64,000 nt of DNA from contig OU015569.1 in the NCBI GenBank assembly GCA_907165135.1, forward strand, positions 11,842,001-11,906,000, given 5' to 3'. The position numbers and the translations under genes were made by a program. Source of the stretch: Oikopleura dioica (lineage: Eukaryota; Animalia; Chordata). The notes beneath the pieces were generated by a model. It did no database searches and was not told the DNA's origin. It worked only from the letters and a program-made list of their open reading frames with translations. This document shows positions 18,828 to 31,647 of this stretch, one piece after another (positions within the stretch are counted from its first letter, which is position 1; each line of letters begins with the position of its first letter).

Positions 18828-20991
18828 TCATCGAGTTCTAGTCAGAGTAACTGAAAAAGCTTGAGGCAGAAGATACCATTTTTCGGTTTCCATGTTGAAT
18901 TCTTCGTTCACTAACTCAAGAAACTCGCTGTTGTCTCCATAATAGACGAAATCTTGGTAGCTGTTGTAACAGTCTTTCATCATTTCTTCATCGGCGTAGA
19001 ATTCTCTTGAAACTGGAATTCTGATTTGAGAGCCGGAATGGTCGATGAGCGTGTTTTGGAGAATGAATTCGGAGTTTTCGATTCGGTCCAGCACCATTTG
19101 GTGGAAAAGTATTGAAGAGTCGCGATTTAGATAGACGCCGGTGACGGTAAGGGGACGGGAGAAGACGAAGTTGCCGTGGAGGAGGACTGAATTTTTAATT
19201 TTTGATTTTTAGCTTTGAATTTTTACCTTGCTCGAAATCAAAATTGGCATCCATCGAAGCGCTTGAGTTTTCTCTGATAATTTGCAATCCACTTCTATTC
19301 AAATAAGTCTTGAATTTCAATCTTCTTAGAAGCAATTCAATTTCGTTCGTTTGAAATTTTTGTTCTTCAAATTTCGGATTGAGGTTGAAGCCAGCCAAAC
19401 TCCGCGGATAAATCACCATTGTCAGTTGAGTGAAGATTTTTTCAATAGTAAAAAATCTTTCCATTTCCCGATCTCCAACTTTCAAATCATTTTTGAGTGC
19501 CCATCTCAAAAGCACCGAAACTGAAATGGGAACGCAAAGATCGCTTTCTTTTTGGTTTAAAACATTCTTCGTCACGTTCTTGAAGTCGAAATTGATCTGT
19601 TTTGTCAGTTTCTGTTTTATACTGGCCATTGCAGTTGATTTCGTCAAATTCGGATCGTCCAAGCAAAAATCAGAAGACGCGTTTTCAAGAGAAATGATTT
19701 TTGACAAGTTTTGGATGCCTTCGGTTGATGGTTTTCTTTTCTTTGAGAGCCAGCCAGCATTGCAAGTCTAAGAAAGATTTATTTTTTTATAAGAAAGTTA
19801 AGACTTACCTCAAGTTCTTTTTTGATGATTTCTTTCTCTTTTTCTTTGATCGGTTTGAATAAAAGAGTCCAGGCCGTCGTCGACTCGCAAAGGATAAAAA
19901 TATGAAGGAGAGATTCATCTCTTCCGTAGTGTCCGCCTATCTGCTGGCTATAAGAAAAGGCAGGAGACCCAGCATCTACGAAAAAAAATATAAAACACGA
20001 GAATTTTCAAGAAGCTCAAAACTTACATAAACAACTGAAATTTCTAAATCTGTTTCCTGTCCTCGCGTAACCCATCTCCCGATAACTCTCTCGTCCAGTT
20101 ATTTCGTGAATAATGCTGAAATCGATCCACTTGGCTTCTCCATTTTTCAAAAGGACATTTTCCGGCTTCTCATCGAAATGCGAAATTCCAATTTTGTCCA
20201 AATACTCTTCTCCCTCTTTGACGCCAATCGCAATTTTCTTCCTTTCTTCCAAATTCAAATCATTATTCTTCAATTTGCTTCTCAAATCCGAGTCGCATTT
20301 CTCCATAATCGTAATCCAGCCAGCACAATCTTCTTTCTCCAAGTCGCTGCTCAAAAAGACTTCGATGTTGCAGAAATTTTTGATCACGTTTTTGTGAAAA
20401 GGAATCAATCGGGCATCATCTCTTTCTCTGTCTTGGGCAATTTCGTATTCTAAGAAATAAAAAGACAATAAAAAATAAAAAATTACCTTTCGAAAGATGA
20501 ATTTCAAAGCCCAATTCTTCATCCCCCACAAACAGCGCCGGATCAAAAGCCTGAACCCGAACAGCAGATTCCAATTCTCCGAATTTTTCTTCCAAAACAA
20601 TCGCTTCTCCTCCAGCTGAAATCTTCTGAAGAGAAGGGTCGAGAATCCATTCTCCGGTTTCTTCTTTTAATTCCGAACGTTGAATTTTTCGTCCTTCGAA
20701 GCCTGGATTTTTGTCGAGAATCGTTTTTTGAAATGAATTTATTGCCCATTCTTCCTGAATTTTTCGTCCAGTAATTAGGACAGTTCCAGATAGTTTTCCT
20801 TTTCCATGTTCGAAAATGACCTCCTCCCATGCAGCACAACCATCATCTTCAAACTGCATTCTGTCCAGCGACAAAATCAACCTGTCCAAATCATCTCTGC
20901 TCGTCGTTCTCTTCAATCTCTTTGGAAACTCTTCCAGCCATTTCTCAACAACTTCTCTTGTCAGTTCTTCTGGATGAGTTGAAACTTGCAT
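18828..20991 (-). CDS. Atypical protein kinase domain fused to a putative papain-fold cysteine peptidase domain (5 exons)
   Basis: G-loop SAGGEAIV, beta3 AVRVQ, IMEKCD hinge, HFDEKPENVLL, WIDFS; then VLNQKESDLCVPIS...FHQMVLD...FILQNT. Exons join in frame through GT-AG introns. Confidence 0.75.
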
Positions 20992-21666
20992 TTTGTATAC
21001 AGAGCGATAACCAAATTTCCGAAAGAGTGATTTCAAAATATTTTTCAATCGCGGAAGATCATAAACCAGCGAGAGACCGCACTCTTGACTCTGAGTTTAC
21101 GACATATTTTTATTATCACAATTCAAAGTAGGGAAAAATCGACAAAAATGTGCAATTAAATCAATTTGAAGACATTTGGCTTTCAATTTTTCAAAATATT
21201 AATTGTCGCTATTTCGATTCTAATTTATAAAAACCAATGCAACAATCACATGAATATTTGGACGAAAATATTAACATTCGCAGTTGCAAGTTCAAATAGC
21301 TAAAATCGCAAAGGGTGAAAACTTGGCAGAGGATTTGCCTTTTTTCGCCGGTCAATATTTGACTCTGGAAAGGGTACCCCTTTACCCCATAAAAGCTTCA
21401 TCTCCCCAAGAGCTTCATCTGCCCAGGCTAGGGAAATGAAGCCTATCCGATTCTACCCAACTGTCGTAATTTGGCATGAAAGTGCGGGCGAAGCCGCTCT
21501 CCTCCAGAACTAACTACAGTTAGACTAAGTACTGTCTTTTTCCATTTTGCCACAAAAGAATAACTTTAAAGTTAATCATACTCTTTAGCATCAAGATTAA
21601 CCCTGGATTGAAAATTACCAGATGAGAAAATCTCTCGAGGGCCAGTTATACAATATCGCTAGAATA

Positions 21667-21810
21667 CCGACCCGATATTTTGACCCAGCTGTCGTCAGGA
21701 TTTGGCTCGATCGGGATGTTCGCTGATTTCTAGTCCGAAGGTCCCGAGTTCGAATCTTGTCATGAGACTCGTTTGACGATGATTAGCCCTCGTCCTGGGA
21801 AACGAGAAAA
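21667..21810 (+). mobile_element. tRNA-headed SINE-like element, copy 1
   Basis: A-box-like TGGCTCGATCGG, B-box GAGTTCGAATC, and a 50-nt core shared with copies at 31505 and 31898. Confidence 0.65.
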
Positions 21811-22256
21811 CTGAGGGTGAAGAATGATGGCAACGCCAGTAAGGAAGCCATCAAAGAAGAAGATAATAAGCACCATAGCTGCCGATTATGATAGAAAAAC
21901 GCGAAAAATATGAACCTGAAGCGAGAGATCGACGAAAGAGAATTCCAAAACTCCTCTCTCAACAACAAATCTTTTTCAATTTTAAAACTCTGGAGAGCTT
22001 GTTTCTCGACCAGGTTTGCTCTTGCAATTACAGTAGCATATCAAGTGTCATTTTATAAAAAAAATCGAGGCGTATTCTTCAACGGAGAATCTCCATTATT
22101 TCGAGCTTTTGGGAAAAAAGGGACGCGTGATGCAATCGTTTTTGCAATCTGAAGCTTATCACCACGTCAGCTGTAAACTTCGACTTTTAATCGCCTTTTT
22201 CGCCTTTTTTGAAATTTCAAATTCGCTAAATTTCAAATATTTTGAAAAGGAAAAAG

Positions 22257-23885
22257 ATGGAGTTGATCAAATGGGTAGAGAGTTTTGAAGGAAGCGTTTT
22301 TGACAAAAGAGTCGAAATTCAAGAAACCAAGTTTGGAAAAGGACTCGTCGCTGTGGAAGATTTGCCAGCCGGAATCACGCTGCTCCAAGTGCCCAAAGAT
22401 GCGATTCTAACTGTATCGCATGCAGTAAAAGACGAAAAATTAGTTCAAGCGCTTGAAAAATCGGATCTTGTTTTCAACGGCTGCGAAATCTTGGCGATCT
22501 ATTATCACATCAAGTAACTATAAAACCAATCGTCTACTATCAACTATTCTTAATTTTAATTTTCTACCAACGAATGAACAAAGAAAATTCTAGCGCTGAA
22601 GATCCAAATGACAAGTTCCATTTGTATTTCTCCGGTTTGCCGAAAGAATTCTCCTCTCCGATTCTTTGGACGCCAGAAGAAGTGGCAAAATTACCATTTG
22701 GTCTTTCGAACAGCATCAAAATAGTCCAGGTAAACCTACAGTAATTCCCGTTCAGTAATTAACACGACCAAACAAGAGTAGGATAAATAAAATAGCCGCG
22801 GCGCTAAATTTCGACGAAAAGAAATTCGCGAAACATTTTTGCGCGATGTTCACGAGGGCGTTTTCGTCGAAGATCTCGGCTCCAGAAACGAGTGATTCTT
22901 TACCCACGTGGTTCTCAATGACCGGGGGTGAAACTGCTATGGTTTGTCCTTTGGTCGACTTTGCTAATCATGGCTCTACTCGGAACAGAGACGCTATTGT
23001 CTGGTCAGGAATGGGTTCATCTTCTTTTTGGAGATTCGGAAAATGAGTTAGCGTAGTGACACCCTTAATGCATTTCGTATAATTTTCAATAATCAAAGGA
23101 ATGAACCCAAGTCGGGAATGGACTACGAGAAGAGCGCGACATATTTGAAAACAAAGAATGCCATTCCGAAAGGTCACCGACTAATGCACCTCTCATTGAG
23201 GCTTAATCTAATACTTCAGGCTCCGAATTATGCATTTCATATGGATTGACAAAAGGAGATGATGAGCTATTCATGGCGCATGGATTCTGCGAACGTCCTG
23301 GCTAAATTGGTTCCAAACATTTTTCCCCAAAAGTTATCATAGCGACACCCTTATTTTCTTTCGCCAAAAAGGAGCTGGAAACCAAAATTTTGGAACCAAG
23401 AAAAGGGTTAATAAACACAGCGTCGTACAAGTGGAGCCAAAAGACATCCTCCTTTCACTAGAACCCTCGCGAAAATTGGCCCTTTGGGCGTACGCAAAGA
23501 AAACTTCGAAGAAATTCCTCAAGTACAACTTCTCGCTCAAGGGACCATCGGAAGATCTCTTCTTTGATCTGGCAATCTTATCTGGCGCCAAAGCTGCTCA
23601 AGTTAAGAAGATGCAGCAGACGGGGAGCAAGGAAGAAGATATTCAACTTTTGGTTGAGAAAACTAAGTGAGTTTCTTTTCTCGATGAATTATCATCGCGA
23701 CACCCTTATGTTCCCCTAACCCTAACCTTACCTAACGCTAACCCTAACCCCTTTGTAGGCAAATGATTGTCAAAGTGATTCGAACGAAACTGAAGCAGCT
23801 GTACATGATGGACAACAAGGAATTTCCTGGCAAAGAAATTCGACTTGTTCACTGCGAAATTCTGCAGCGCAATTTGCTATTCTAA
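22257..23885 (+). CDS. SET-domain methyltransferase of the Rubisco-LSMT/SETD3-4-6 class (multi-exon)
   Basis: FGKGLVAVEDL...LLQVP...LT; YFSGLPKEFSSPILW; CPLVDFANH; C-terminal substrate-binding-like region. Confidence 0.8.
23714..23750. repeat. Interstitial telomere-like (CCCTAA)n tract next to an intron acceptor
   Basis: ccctaaccctaaccttacctaacgctaaccctaaccc followed by tttgtag acceptor. Confidence 0.75.
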
Positions 23886-24156
23886 ATACCGACTGAAATA
23901 AAAAAAATACTCTAAAGAAATAAATTTCAGTCAAATCAAACCCGGATTTATCTTCTTATTTTACAAATCAAGAGCATTACCGCTTGAGTTTTGAATTTGT
24001 TGACCTTTTTTATGCAGCGGGGAAAATTATTAGCTCGCCGGCGAGGAGCAGAAGCTAGTCAGAAGAGAATTAGCTTTTTTCACTTCAGGAGAGTTGAGCA
24101 ATTTTTAGAGATAAATAAAAAAAACTTACAATTGTTCAATTTAAAACAGAAAAAGG

Positions 24157-25011
24157 ATGAAGCTTTCTTTGGCCTTGTTGCTCGGCGCCGATGCCCTCGG
24201 AGCGGGAGATACTTCCCAGTGCGAGAGAGTCCAGGCCGCTTTCCCCGACTGCGCATGCATGAACATCGCCTGGAAGGGATCCAAAGTGTCCAAATCCTTG
24301 GCCGGTTCTGCCGAGAGCGAGCTCTTCCAGATCGCCATCGCCAACAACGCTGATGGCGTCGCCGATACCGCTTTCAACATCCGAGATCCCACCTCGCCCA
24401 ACTACGTCAAGGACTACACTTTCTACATGATCTTCAAGCGAGAGTTCTGCGGCGTCGACTTCCTCAACAAAGTCGGCGACGGAACCATCAAGTTCAACTT
24501 CATGGACCACTACGCTGCCTACGACAGCTCCGTCGTCAACACTTACTTCCAGAACCACAAGAACATCGACACCCTCTACCCAGACATCGTCGGCTACCCA
24601 AGCGTCCACAAGAACCAGGAGGCCGCCGTCGTCCAGGTATACTTAAATATTCCCTAGAAGAAGAGTCTTTTCAACCTGATCTTTTAAGGGTTTCACCCTC
24701 GATACCCTCCAGGCCTCCAACTGGCCCAACGGCAAGGCTGTCAACGATTTGCCAACCGCCAAGGTTAACGGTCAAATCGTCCCTAACACCAAGAAAGACA
24801 TCGTCTACGTCATGGCCACTGGTCTCGAAGACGTTGTCTGGAAGACCGACAGTGAGTACTCATAGCAATTCAAATTCTAAAGATATTTTTTCAAGGACTT
24901 TCCTGCATTCTCCGAAGCATGGTCGGTGTCCGACCATGGGACAAGGCCGGCAGCGAGCCAAACCACACCGACGATGCCGAATGCGTCAGTATGGCCAAGA
25001 TCTTCTGGTAA
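24157..25011 (+). CDS. Secreted Cys-containing protein, 3 exons; candidate house (oikosin-like) component
   Basis: Signal MKLSLALLLGADA; exons 24157-24636, 24688-24850, 24899-25011 join in frame; very strong C/T-ending codon bias suggests high expression. The oikosin label is inference only. Confidence 0.75.
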
Positions 25012-26209
25012 AGAAAGACAGAGAAGCTTCTTTTCCCGACAATGATACATACAGTGTCCTCAGTATTCTGACCCTCCTCGTTCTTCCTCGTTGATTTCCT
25101 GCATTTTTAACCTTTTCACTTTTTTTTCTGTAATTGTTCATTTCTCGCCGGCTTGCCCTGTAAACCAAAAAAATCGCAAAATATGAGTCAATAAAGTTGT
25201 TCGTTTGTAAAAAAGAGTTCTTTTCTTTTTCATAAGATAGTTTTTTATTTGAACAAATTTTAAGAGCGAGAGCGAGAAGTAATTATTTACACTGATTTTT
25301 TTCGGTCTTGATTTGGCAACAGTTACGATAACGAAGAAGAAAGGGAGAGTTTTGGGGATTAAGGTTTTATTTCGTTTTTGACGAGACGATAATAATAATT
25401 CTGGTGGGTTTTGAAGTTTGGTAGTTTTGGTATAGAAAGCGGAACTAAACGAAGAGGAGAAAATAATTTGTTAAAAAAGAAGTGACAGTTGATGGACATC
25501 AAGTTCAAAATTCTGAAAGGCAATAAAATAATTTAATAAAATAATAATAAATTCAATATGTCTTGAAATTGTCTCCAAGAGTTTCAGATAGAGGCAATCG
25601 ATTAGGGTCATACATATTGTTTTATTTGACAAAGAAGACGATGCAAATAGCCAATTATTTGCAGGAAGGAAAATCGAGTTTGAAAGTAAAATTGGTGACA
25701 CCAACAAAAAAAGGATGAAACCGCAACTAATAGACATTTTTGGGGGGTTCGTAAAAAAAGAGAGAAAGAGAAGGGAGAGCTTGTGGAATGATGAAGCAAC
25801 TTGGTGAATGTGAAGAGCGGAGTTTCGTTTTAAATTTGGCCGGTCTTTTCTTTTTACAAATGGGATATTTAATTTCGTTTTAATAAATAAGCTTGAGCAT
25901 GCGGAATGGTTAATTGGTGTCTATTTTGTCGAGTAGTTGTGTCTCTCTGTTTGCGAGAACGTCTGTGTTTTAGGGGTCTAGTCGTCGATTTTCGCCAAAA
26001 TTGAAGTTTTGGAACTCATTTTTGAGAGATTGAAAAGATTATTTCTTCAGTAGATTTTGAAGAAAAGGGCTAGAATGATCAAAAATTGGGTAAAATCCAC
26101 GACGAAACCTATGAATTTTCGTTTTCAGGAGATTCTTTTTTGGACATTTATAAATTAATGTACATGATGGCAAAGAATAAAATAGTTTTAAGAAGTCAAC
26201 AAAAAGGCA

Positions 26210-28506
26210 CTAGCGCTTGGAAACCGTACTGGAGCCGAATTCGACGTAATCGACGCGGTCCTTGTGGCCGATCGGGTTCTTGCTCTTTGGCTTGCCCATC
26301 TTGGCCGCGTCGAGCGAGTGGTACTGTCCAGACGAGTTGTTGTTCGTCTGCTGCTTCGGATCGTAGTCGACGTACTGCCCAGGCGCGTATCTGTTGTCCG
26401 AGTGGTCGACCAAGCTCGTGTCCGAGCCCGAGCTGGCAGGCGGCCCACGATGCGGCGCCGTTGGAGCTCCAGCAGAGTACTGAAAATTAATATTCAATTA
26501 TTCGAAAATGAATGGCTCCTCAAAATGGCCTATTTGCAAATTCTTTGAATAATCGCGTTTCGCCAAAGTGACTATCAACATTGATTAATCGGACCTAGCA
26601 ATTTTAATGGGACAAATTTAAGGAGGTAACGATCGTAATAACGACTTATCATCAGACTCCTTTTCCTACTGAAATAAATATAAGAGTGACACCCTTATCA
26701 TTTCTCTCTAAAATAAGGGTGTCACTACGTAGTAAGAAAAGTCTGATAATAAGATCTGATTACGATGGCTACCTCCTTAAATTTATCCAATTCAAAATGT
26801 CAGCTCCGATAAATCAATTTCGATAGTCATTTTGGAGGTTAATTGAAAAAAGCAACATCGCGTTCAACATCAATTTTAAGGTGACCCTAACCCTGATCGA
26901 CATGTTCTTTCTAATGCTCGACCTTTTTTAAAACTCGAGTTTGGGATTAGCTGCGCACAGGCGAGTTTTATTGATGAATCGATTGATGCTTTTTAATGCA
27001 GTCTGTTTTTGAATGAACCGAAACAGAAAATGTGGATACTGCTACTTCTGACTGACCAAACTGGCTCTCCGAGCAGCTGTAATTAAGGGCCTCGCTCTCC
27101 AAAAAATAAAGAAGGAGAAGGTTTAATTATTCAGCTGCGATGCGCAAATTCAAACGAGGAAAAAAGAGGGGCTCTTATTTCTAATTTTACTAATTTTCTC
27201 TTTGAAAGAACTTCAAGTTTACGACTCTTGATTTACCTCATATGCAGCGGGATTGCCATCGAGCTTCATACTTTCTTGCTCCTTCGAATTCGCGGCTCTT
27301 CTTCGATTGCAGATAACGAGGCCGACAACTGCAAGAATGGCGACGACGCCGGCGACGGCGGAAATGATGAAAATGCCCGCTGTGGCGATGCTGCTCGCGC
27401 AGACGTCTGAACTCGTGAACTCAGCAGACTCCATCGAAGACCCTTTGACGTTAATCAGTGAACACGTGATCGACTTTTCTGCAAGTTCGGAAGGGTCAGA
27501 CACTGTATATGTTCTCTCATTGCCCACTGTTACGCCGTCTTTTCTCCATTGGTAAGATGTTACTCTGAAAATTTCACATGAATTCGGCAAATTCAGAAGA
27601 AAATTGAGTTTGATCTCTAAACTCTTATCTAAACTTACTCTGGGTTAGTTTCAGGAAGCGTGTCGTTGCAGAGGAGAACCAAAGGTTGCGTTTTATCCTG
27701 ACAGTATTCGGATTGAATAACGATTTCTGGCTGGGCTGGGACAAAGGCGATGCTCAATTCAAAAGGCTCACTGGCGAGAGAGTTGTATTCTGCAGGTCTG
27801 ATTTGATCGTCTTCGCTGCTCGTGAACTCGACATGGCATTTGAGGGGTTTCTTATGATGCTCTTTTGTGAGAACGAGGGAAGCTTCGTTGAGTCTTTCAC
27901 CGTCCAAAGTGTAGTAAACTTCTCCTTCGAGGTTGTTCTTATCGCACGAGAGAAGGACGGACTCGTTTTCGTTGACTTCTCCGAATTCTCCAACTGCGGG
28001 CCTTTGAACTTTTTCCACTTGAAAAATGGCGTCATCATGGTCTCCGGCGTCTCCAAGCCGACCAGAATCCCTGAGACGAATTCTGAACTCGTCTTCTCGC
28101 GATTCAAAGGGAAAAGTCAGACTCAACGAATCGTCGTCGTACATCACCAGTTCATTGGTATTCAAAGGAACATAGTTGAAAGATTCATCCGCGCCCGCTT
28201 CTCGCTGTTTTGTCAATTCGCCGTGTTTTACATTGTTCTTTCCTCTTGCGATTTCGTACTTCACGAAATTCGGGTCATTTTGCTCTGAAAAAAATGGTTA
28301 TTTTTTTCTATAAACGAGAGTTCTGTTTTTGAAAGCCTGACTCAGGTATTCCACACAGGATTTGAATTTTCACAATATAACTTTTACAGAATCGATCTTT
28401 CCTACTTATCTATTATTAATTTTTTAAAAGAAAATTTACCTTTATCCAATTTGTAAACAAAACTCTCGCCTTCGGGCAAGAAAATGTTCGTTTCCGGCAT
28501 CTTCTT
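26210..28506 (-). CDS. Type I membrane immunoglobulin-superfamily receptor (signal exon not located)
   Basis: Ig motifs VLLSC...LKCHV and LVLLC...SYQWRKDG...SITCSL; TM GIFIISAVAGVVAILAVVGLVIC then NRRR; Tyr-rich tail (YVDY, QYHSL, VDYVEF). Confidence 0.8.
26563..26835. mobile_element. About 270-bp intronic foldback element with GTGACACCCTTAT motif at its centre
   Basis: Left arm ccaaagtgactatc...aaatttaaggaggta...gtgacacccttat is the reverse complement of right arm ataagggtgtcac...tacctccttaaattt...gatagtcattttgg. Confidence 0.8.
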
Positions 28507-30054
28507 CTACAGCTCTTTCTCTCTTTCTTCTTTTTCCCCAAGTCGGCGATTGGGAAGTTGCCCCGGGCGAGATCGGAGACGTTCTCTTTTTTCGATGAAA
28601 AATTGTGGATCGGAGAAGTGGGATTGAGAAGCGTAGTGGCGCCGATTCAGCGCCATTCACTCCCAAGCGCGGCGATTCGGCCTCGCAGCGCCCACGGCCT
28701 GACTCATCGGAAAACACACAAGAACACCATCTCAGCCCGCTGCGCTCAAGCGCCATCTCCTGGCTGCGAAATGAACTGGCTTTTTAATTAGACATTAGAG
28801 CTGATTTAGGATTTGTTCTTTCTTTTCTTTTGAACTTTAAAAACAATCGCTATGAGATCGAAAACTTGATACCACTGTAATTAGTAATTACTAATTACTT
28901 TTGATTACAGTATTATCGATCAAGTTGTGGATCTCATTGTGGACCATTGTTTTGACTTTGAAAGAAACGATACAAATTCTAAATCCGCTCTAATGTCTAA
29001 TTTAAAAGTCAGCGCATTCTGCTGCTTGTAATTTGACTGTAGCTCATGAAATTTCTGTTACAGTTGACCACCAGAATCAAGCTGCTTTCTGGAAAAGTAG
29101 ACAGTTCCACTAATAATCTGCCAGTCTGACTGTTATATAAACAGTTTCAGAAAATATACTGTGTATTTTCCATTGAAGTACAGTCGACTACTACAGTAAA
29201 TGTAGAGCTCCATTTTATCCAGTGTGTTCCAAAAATAAAATTGCCAGTTCCGCTTCTTCGGGTCGCCTAAGAATCAAGCAAATATTGAAGCTGATTTTTT
29301 CCCATTTTTTGGTGTTTTTGTTTGTTGAACGTTTTTGACTGTTTTTCGAAGGATTAGCAAATTGAGAATGTGGCAAAAGGGATGATGGTTCTTCTCATCG
29401 ATCTGAATTGGAAAAAGATATAATTGGCGAGCTTAGGGCTTTTTCCAACATTAAAAAAAACGCCCAAACTCGATGTAATTAAATAAGCCACACGCTCAGG
29501 GCAGACCTGGTCAAAGAAAACGAGACAGCTCGATTTTCTCACTTGACGTAGTTCATCACTTATTCATCCCTTTTTCGGGCGCGCCCTTGGGGGATCAATA
29601 ATTCCAATTACGCACATTACAGTATCCCATCATCAACAGTTCTGCTCAAGTGTTTATTTCAGCAGGAAGCAACTGTAGGCAGTTTCGAAGTTCAAAAGAG
29701 TTGTCACGCAATATTCTCAAGGGGGTTAGGGTATTCGACTTTTCCAGTTATCGGATTGTAACGACCAGACCCTCCTGGAAGTATTTTAATGGCCTCCGAT
29801 GAGGTTCAGAAGGGCTAGCTAAGCAGGGTGTTTCAAGTGAGATTTCTCGAAGTTCTTTCTGTTAATTTGTTTCTAGATACAAACCTGTTTTTCCAGCTTG
29901 AACCAGATTTCCAAGTAGTTTGAAAAAAGGGTGCTCTGATCTTAGATCTTGGCGGCTTTTTGAATTTTTTCTCCATACTTTTCTACGATTAATTATTAGG
30001 ATTTTCAACATAGTCCAATTGGAAAGCCCAAGAAACAGCTACTAGGCTACAGGA

Positions 30055-31061
30055 ATGCGAAAAGCCGAAAACATCCGAAATGTTGAAACCTTTCGCCGAC
30101 AATCTGCAATCCGACAGGCCAAAATGAGCAAGGGTAATGCTCTACTTCCATGAATTCGATCATTCTTGAGCTTGATTCTAGAGCTGTCGGACGAGTTCAG
30201 CATCGCGAACATGTGCGAGAGCTGCTCGGAACTGTTCGTCGAGGTGCTCAACTGCTGCTTCGCCTGTTTGACTTGCCAAAACGCGCGGAAGGACAGTGGC
30301 GAAGAGTCGAGGATTCATTTGGAAGACAAGGAGAGGAATATTCGACGCATGTCTGGTTCCAACATTCGCGACTCCATTCCCATTCAAGAGGAAATCTTCA
30401 GGTTCGATTCTATTATAAAAAGGGACTCTCAGCATTCAATTTTAGGCGTCGGAGAAGCAGCCTTGCCCCTCTCCTTGCCACTCCCTCAAAAGAAAAAAAG
30501 CGCCCAAGTCGGAAGTCGAAAGTCAACTACGAGGACGAAATCGAAGACCCGAAAAACAACATGTACTCGGACGAAGAGCGAAAAGTCATTGTTTTCCATC
30601 CCCACTCGTTCCCAGAAGGAAAAAGGTTGAAATTCCCAAAAATGAGCATTGAATTTTTGAGTTGTTGGGTCTTCAACCCAAATTTGCACCTTTGAAAAGT
30701 CACGTGGGACCCAAAGAAGCAGCCAAGAAGGAGCAGTTTGGCGGTGAGCAGTGAGAGGAAGCAGACCAGACGAACGACCATTCATCATCATCGAAATAGC
30801 GTTTTCGTCGCTCCAGTCGAGGTAAACCCTAACCCTTTCGGGCTCTTTTCTTCCAAATTTTTCTTCCTTGATTCCATTATTTTCATCAGGAAGAAGACAC
30901 TCCTCCTCCCGAAGTGATGATGAGCACTTATGAAACGAATTCAAAGGGCATTCTCAAAAACATCTCCGTCCAGCCGGAAATCAACAAGGAGGACTCAACA
31001 GCTCATCCAGAAGATTCTGCTTGCGAAGGAGAATCATCCTCACTTCAAGGCCTGTTTTAAA
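30055..31061 (+). CDS. Uncharacterised multi-exon protein with Cys cluster CESC-x8-CC-x2-C-x2-C
   Basis: Exon 30181-30399 reads ELSDEFSIANMCESCSELFVEVLNCCFACLTCQNARK; later basic and acidic exons; start and end are approximate. Confidence 0.55.
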
Positions 31062-31504
31062 CCTTCCAATTTAAAAATGGATAGAATTAGCGTTTTAAAA
31101 CTTGAAAAAGAAATAGAAGAGACTCCTGCTCTCGCTGAATCCTGCTCGATTGAAGATGAAAGTTGAGAGTTTGAAAAAAAATTCAAGTTTTTCCTTTTTT
31201 ATCTACTAGCTGTTTATTTCTGTGCGAATTTCAACGAATAAGATAGGTATTCAAAACTTAAAAATAAAGACTTTTCATGTGCTACTGTACTGAAACAGTA
31301 AATCTGGTCGAAAAAGTGTAGCATCCTTGAATTCAATTGAAAAAGAGTTGTGTTGAGGACTGCGATGTTGTTTGTACTTTCTTCTTCGCGGTCTTTTTGT
31401 TTCTTTTTTCACCATGATCGACAGTAGTTCGCGATATTTTCATCGTAGATTTCCTCTTGCGCTTTCTTTTTTTGACAGGCGGACCCACACTTCTTCTTCT
31501 TTAC

Positions 31505-31647
31505 TTTTCTCGTTTCCCAGGACGAGAGCTAATCTTCGCCAAACGAGTCTCATGGCAGGAATCGAACTCGCGCCTTCAGGAGCCGAATCCCTCGAACATG
31601 TCAATCGAGCTACAGCCTGCCGACAGCTGGGTCAAAATTTCGGGTCG
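31505..31647 (-). mobile_element. tRNA-headed SINE-like element, copy 2
   Basis: Reverse complement has TAGCTCGATTG A-box, GAGTTCGATTCC B-box, the shared core, and the same 5' flank as copy 1 (gacccga.attttgacccagctgtcg). Confidence 0.65.

Noticed and set aside
21690-21770. tRNA gene call (also 31555-31625 and 31950-32019)
   Set aside because: A/B boxes and a T-arm are present, but acceptor stems do not pair and a shared non-tRNA core follows; treated as SINE-like heads
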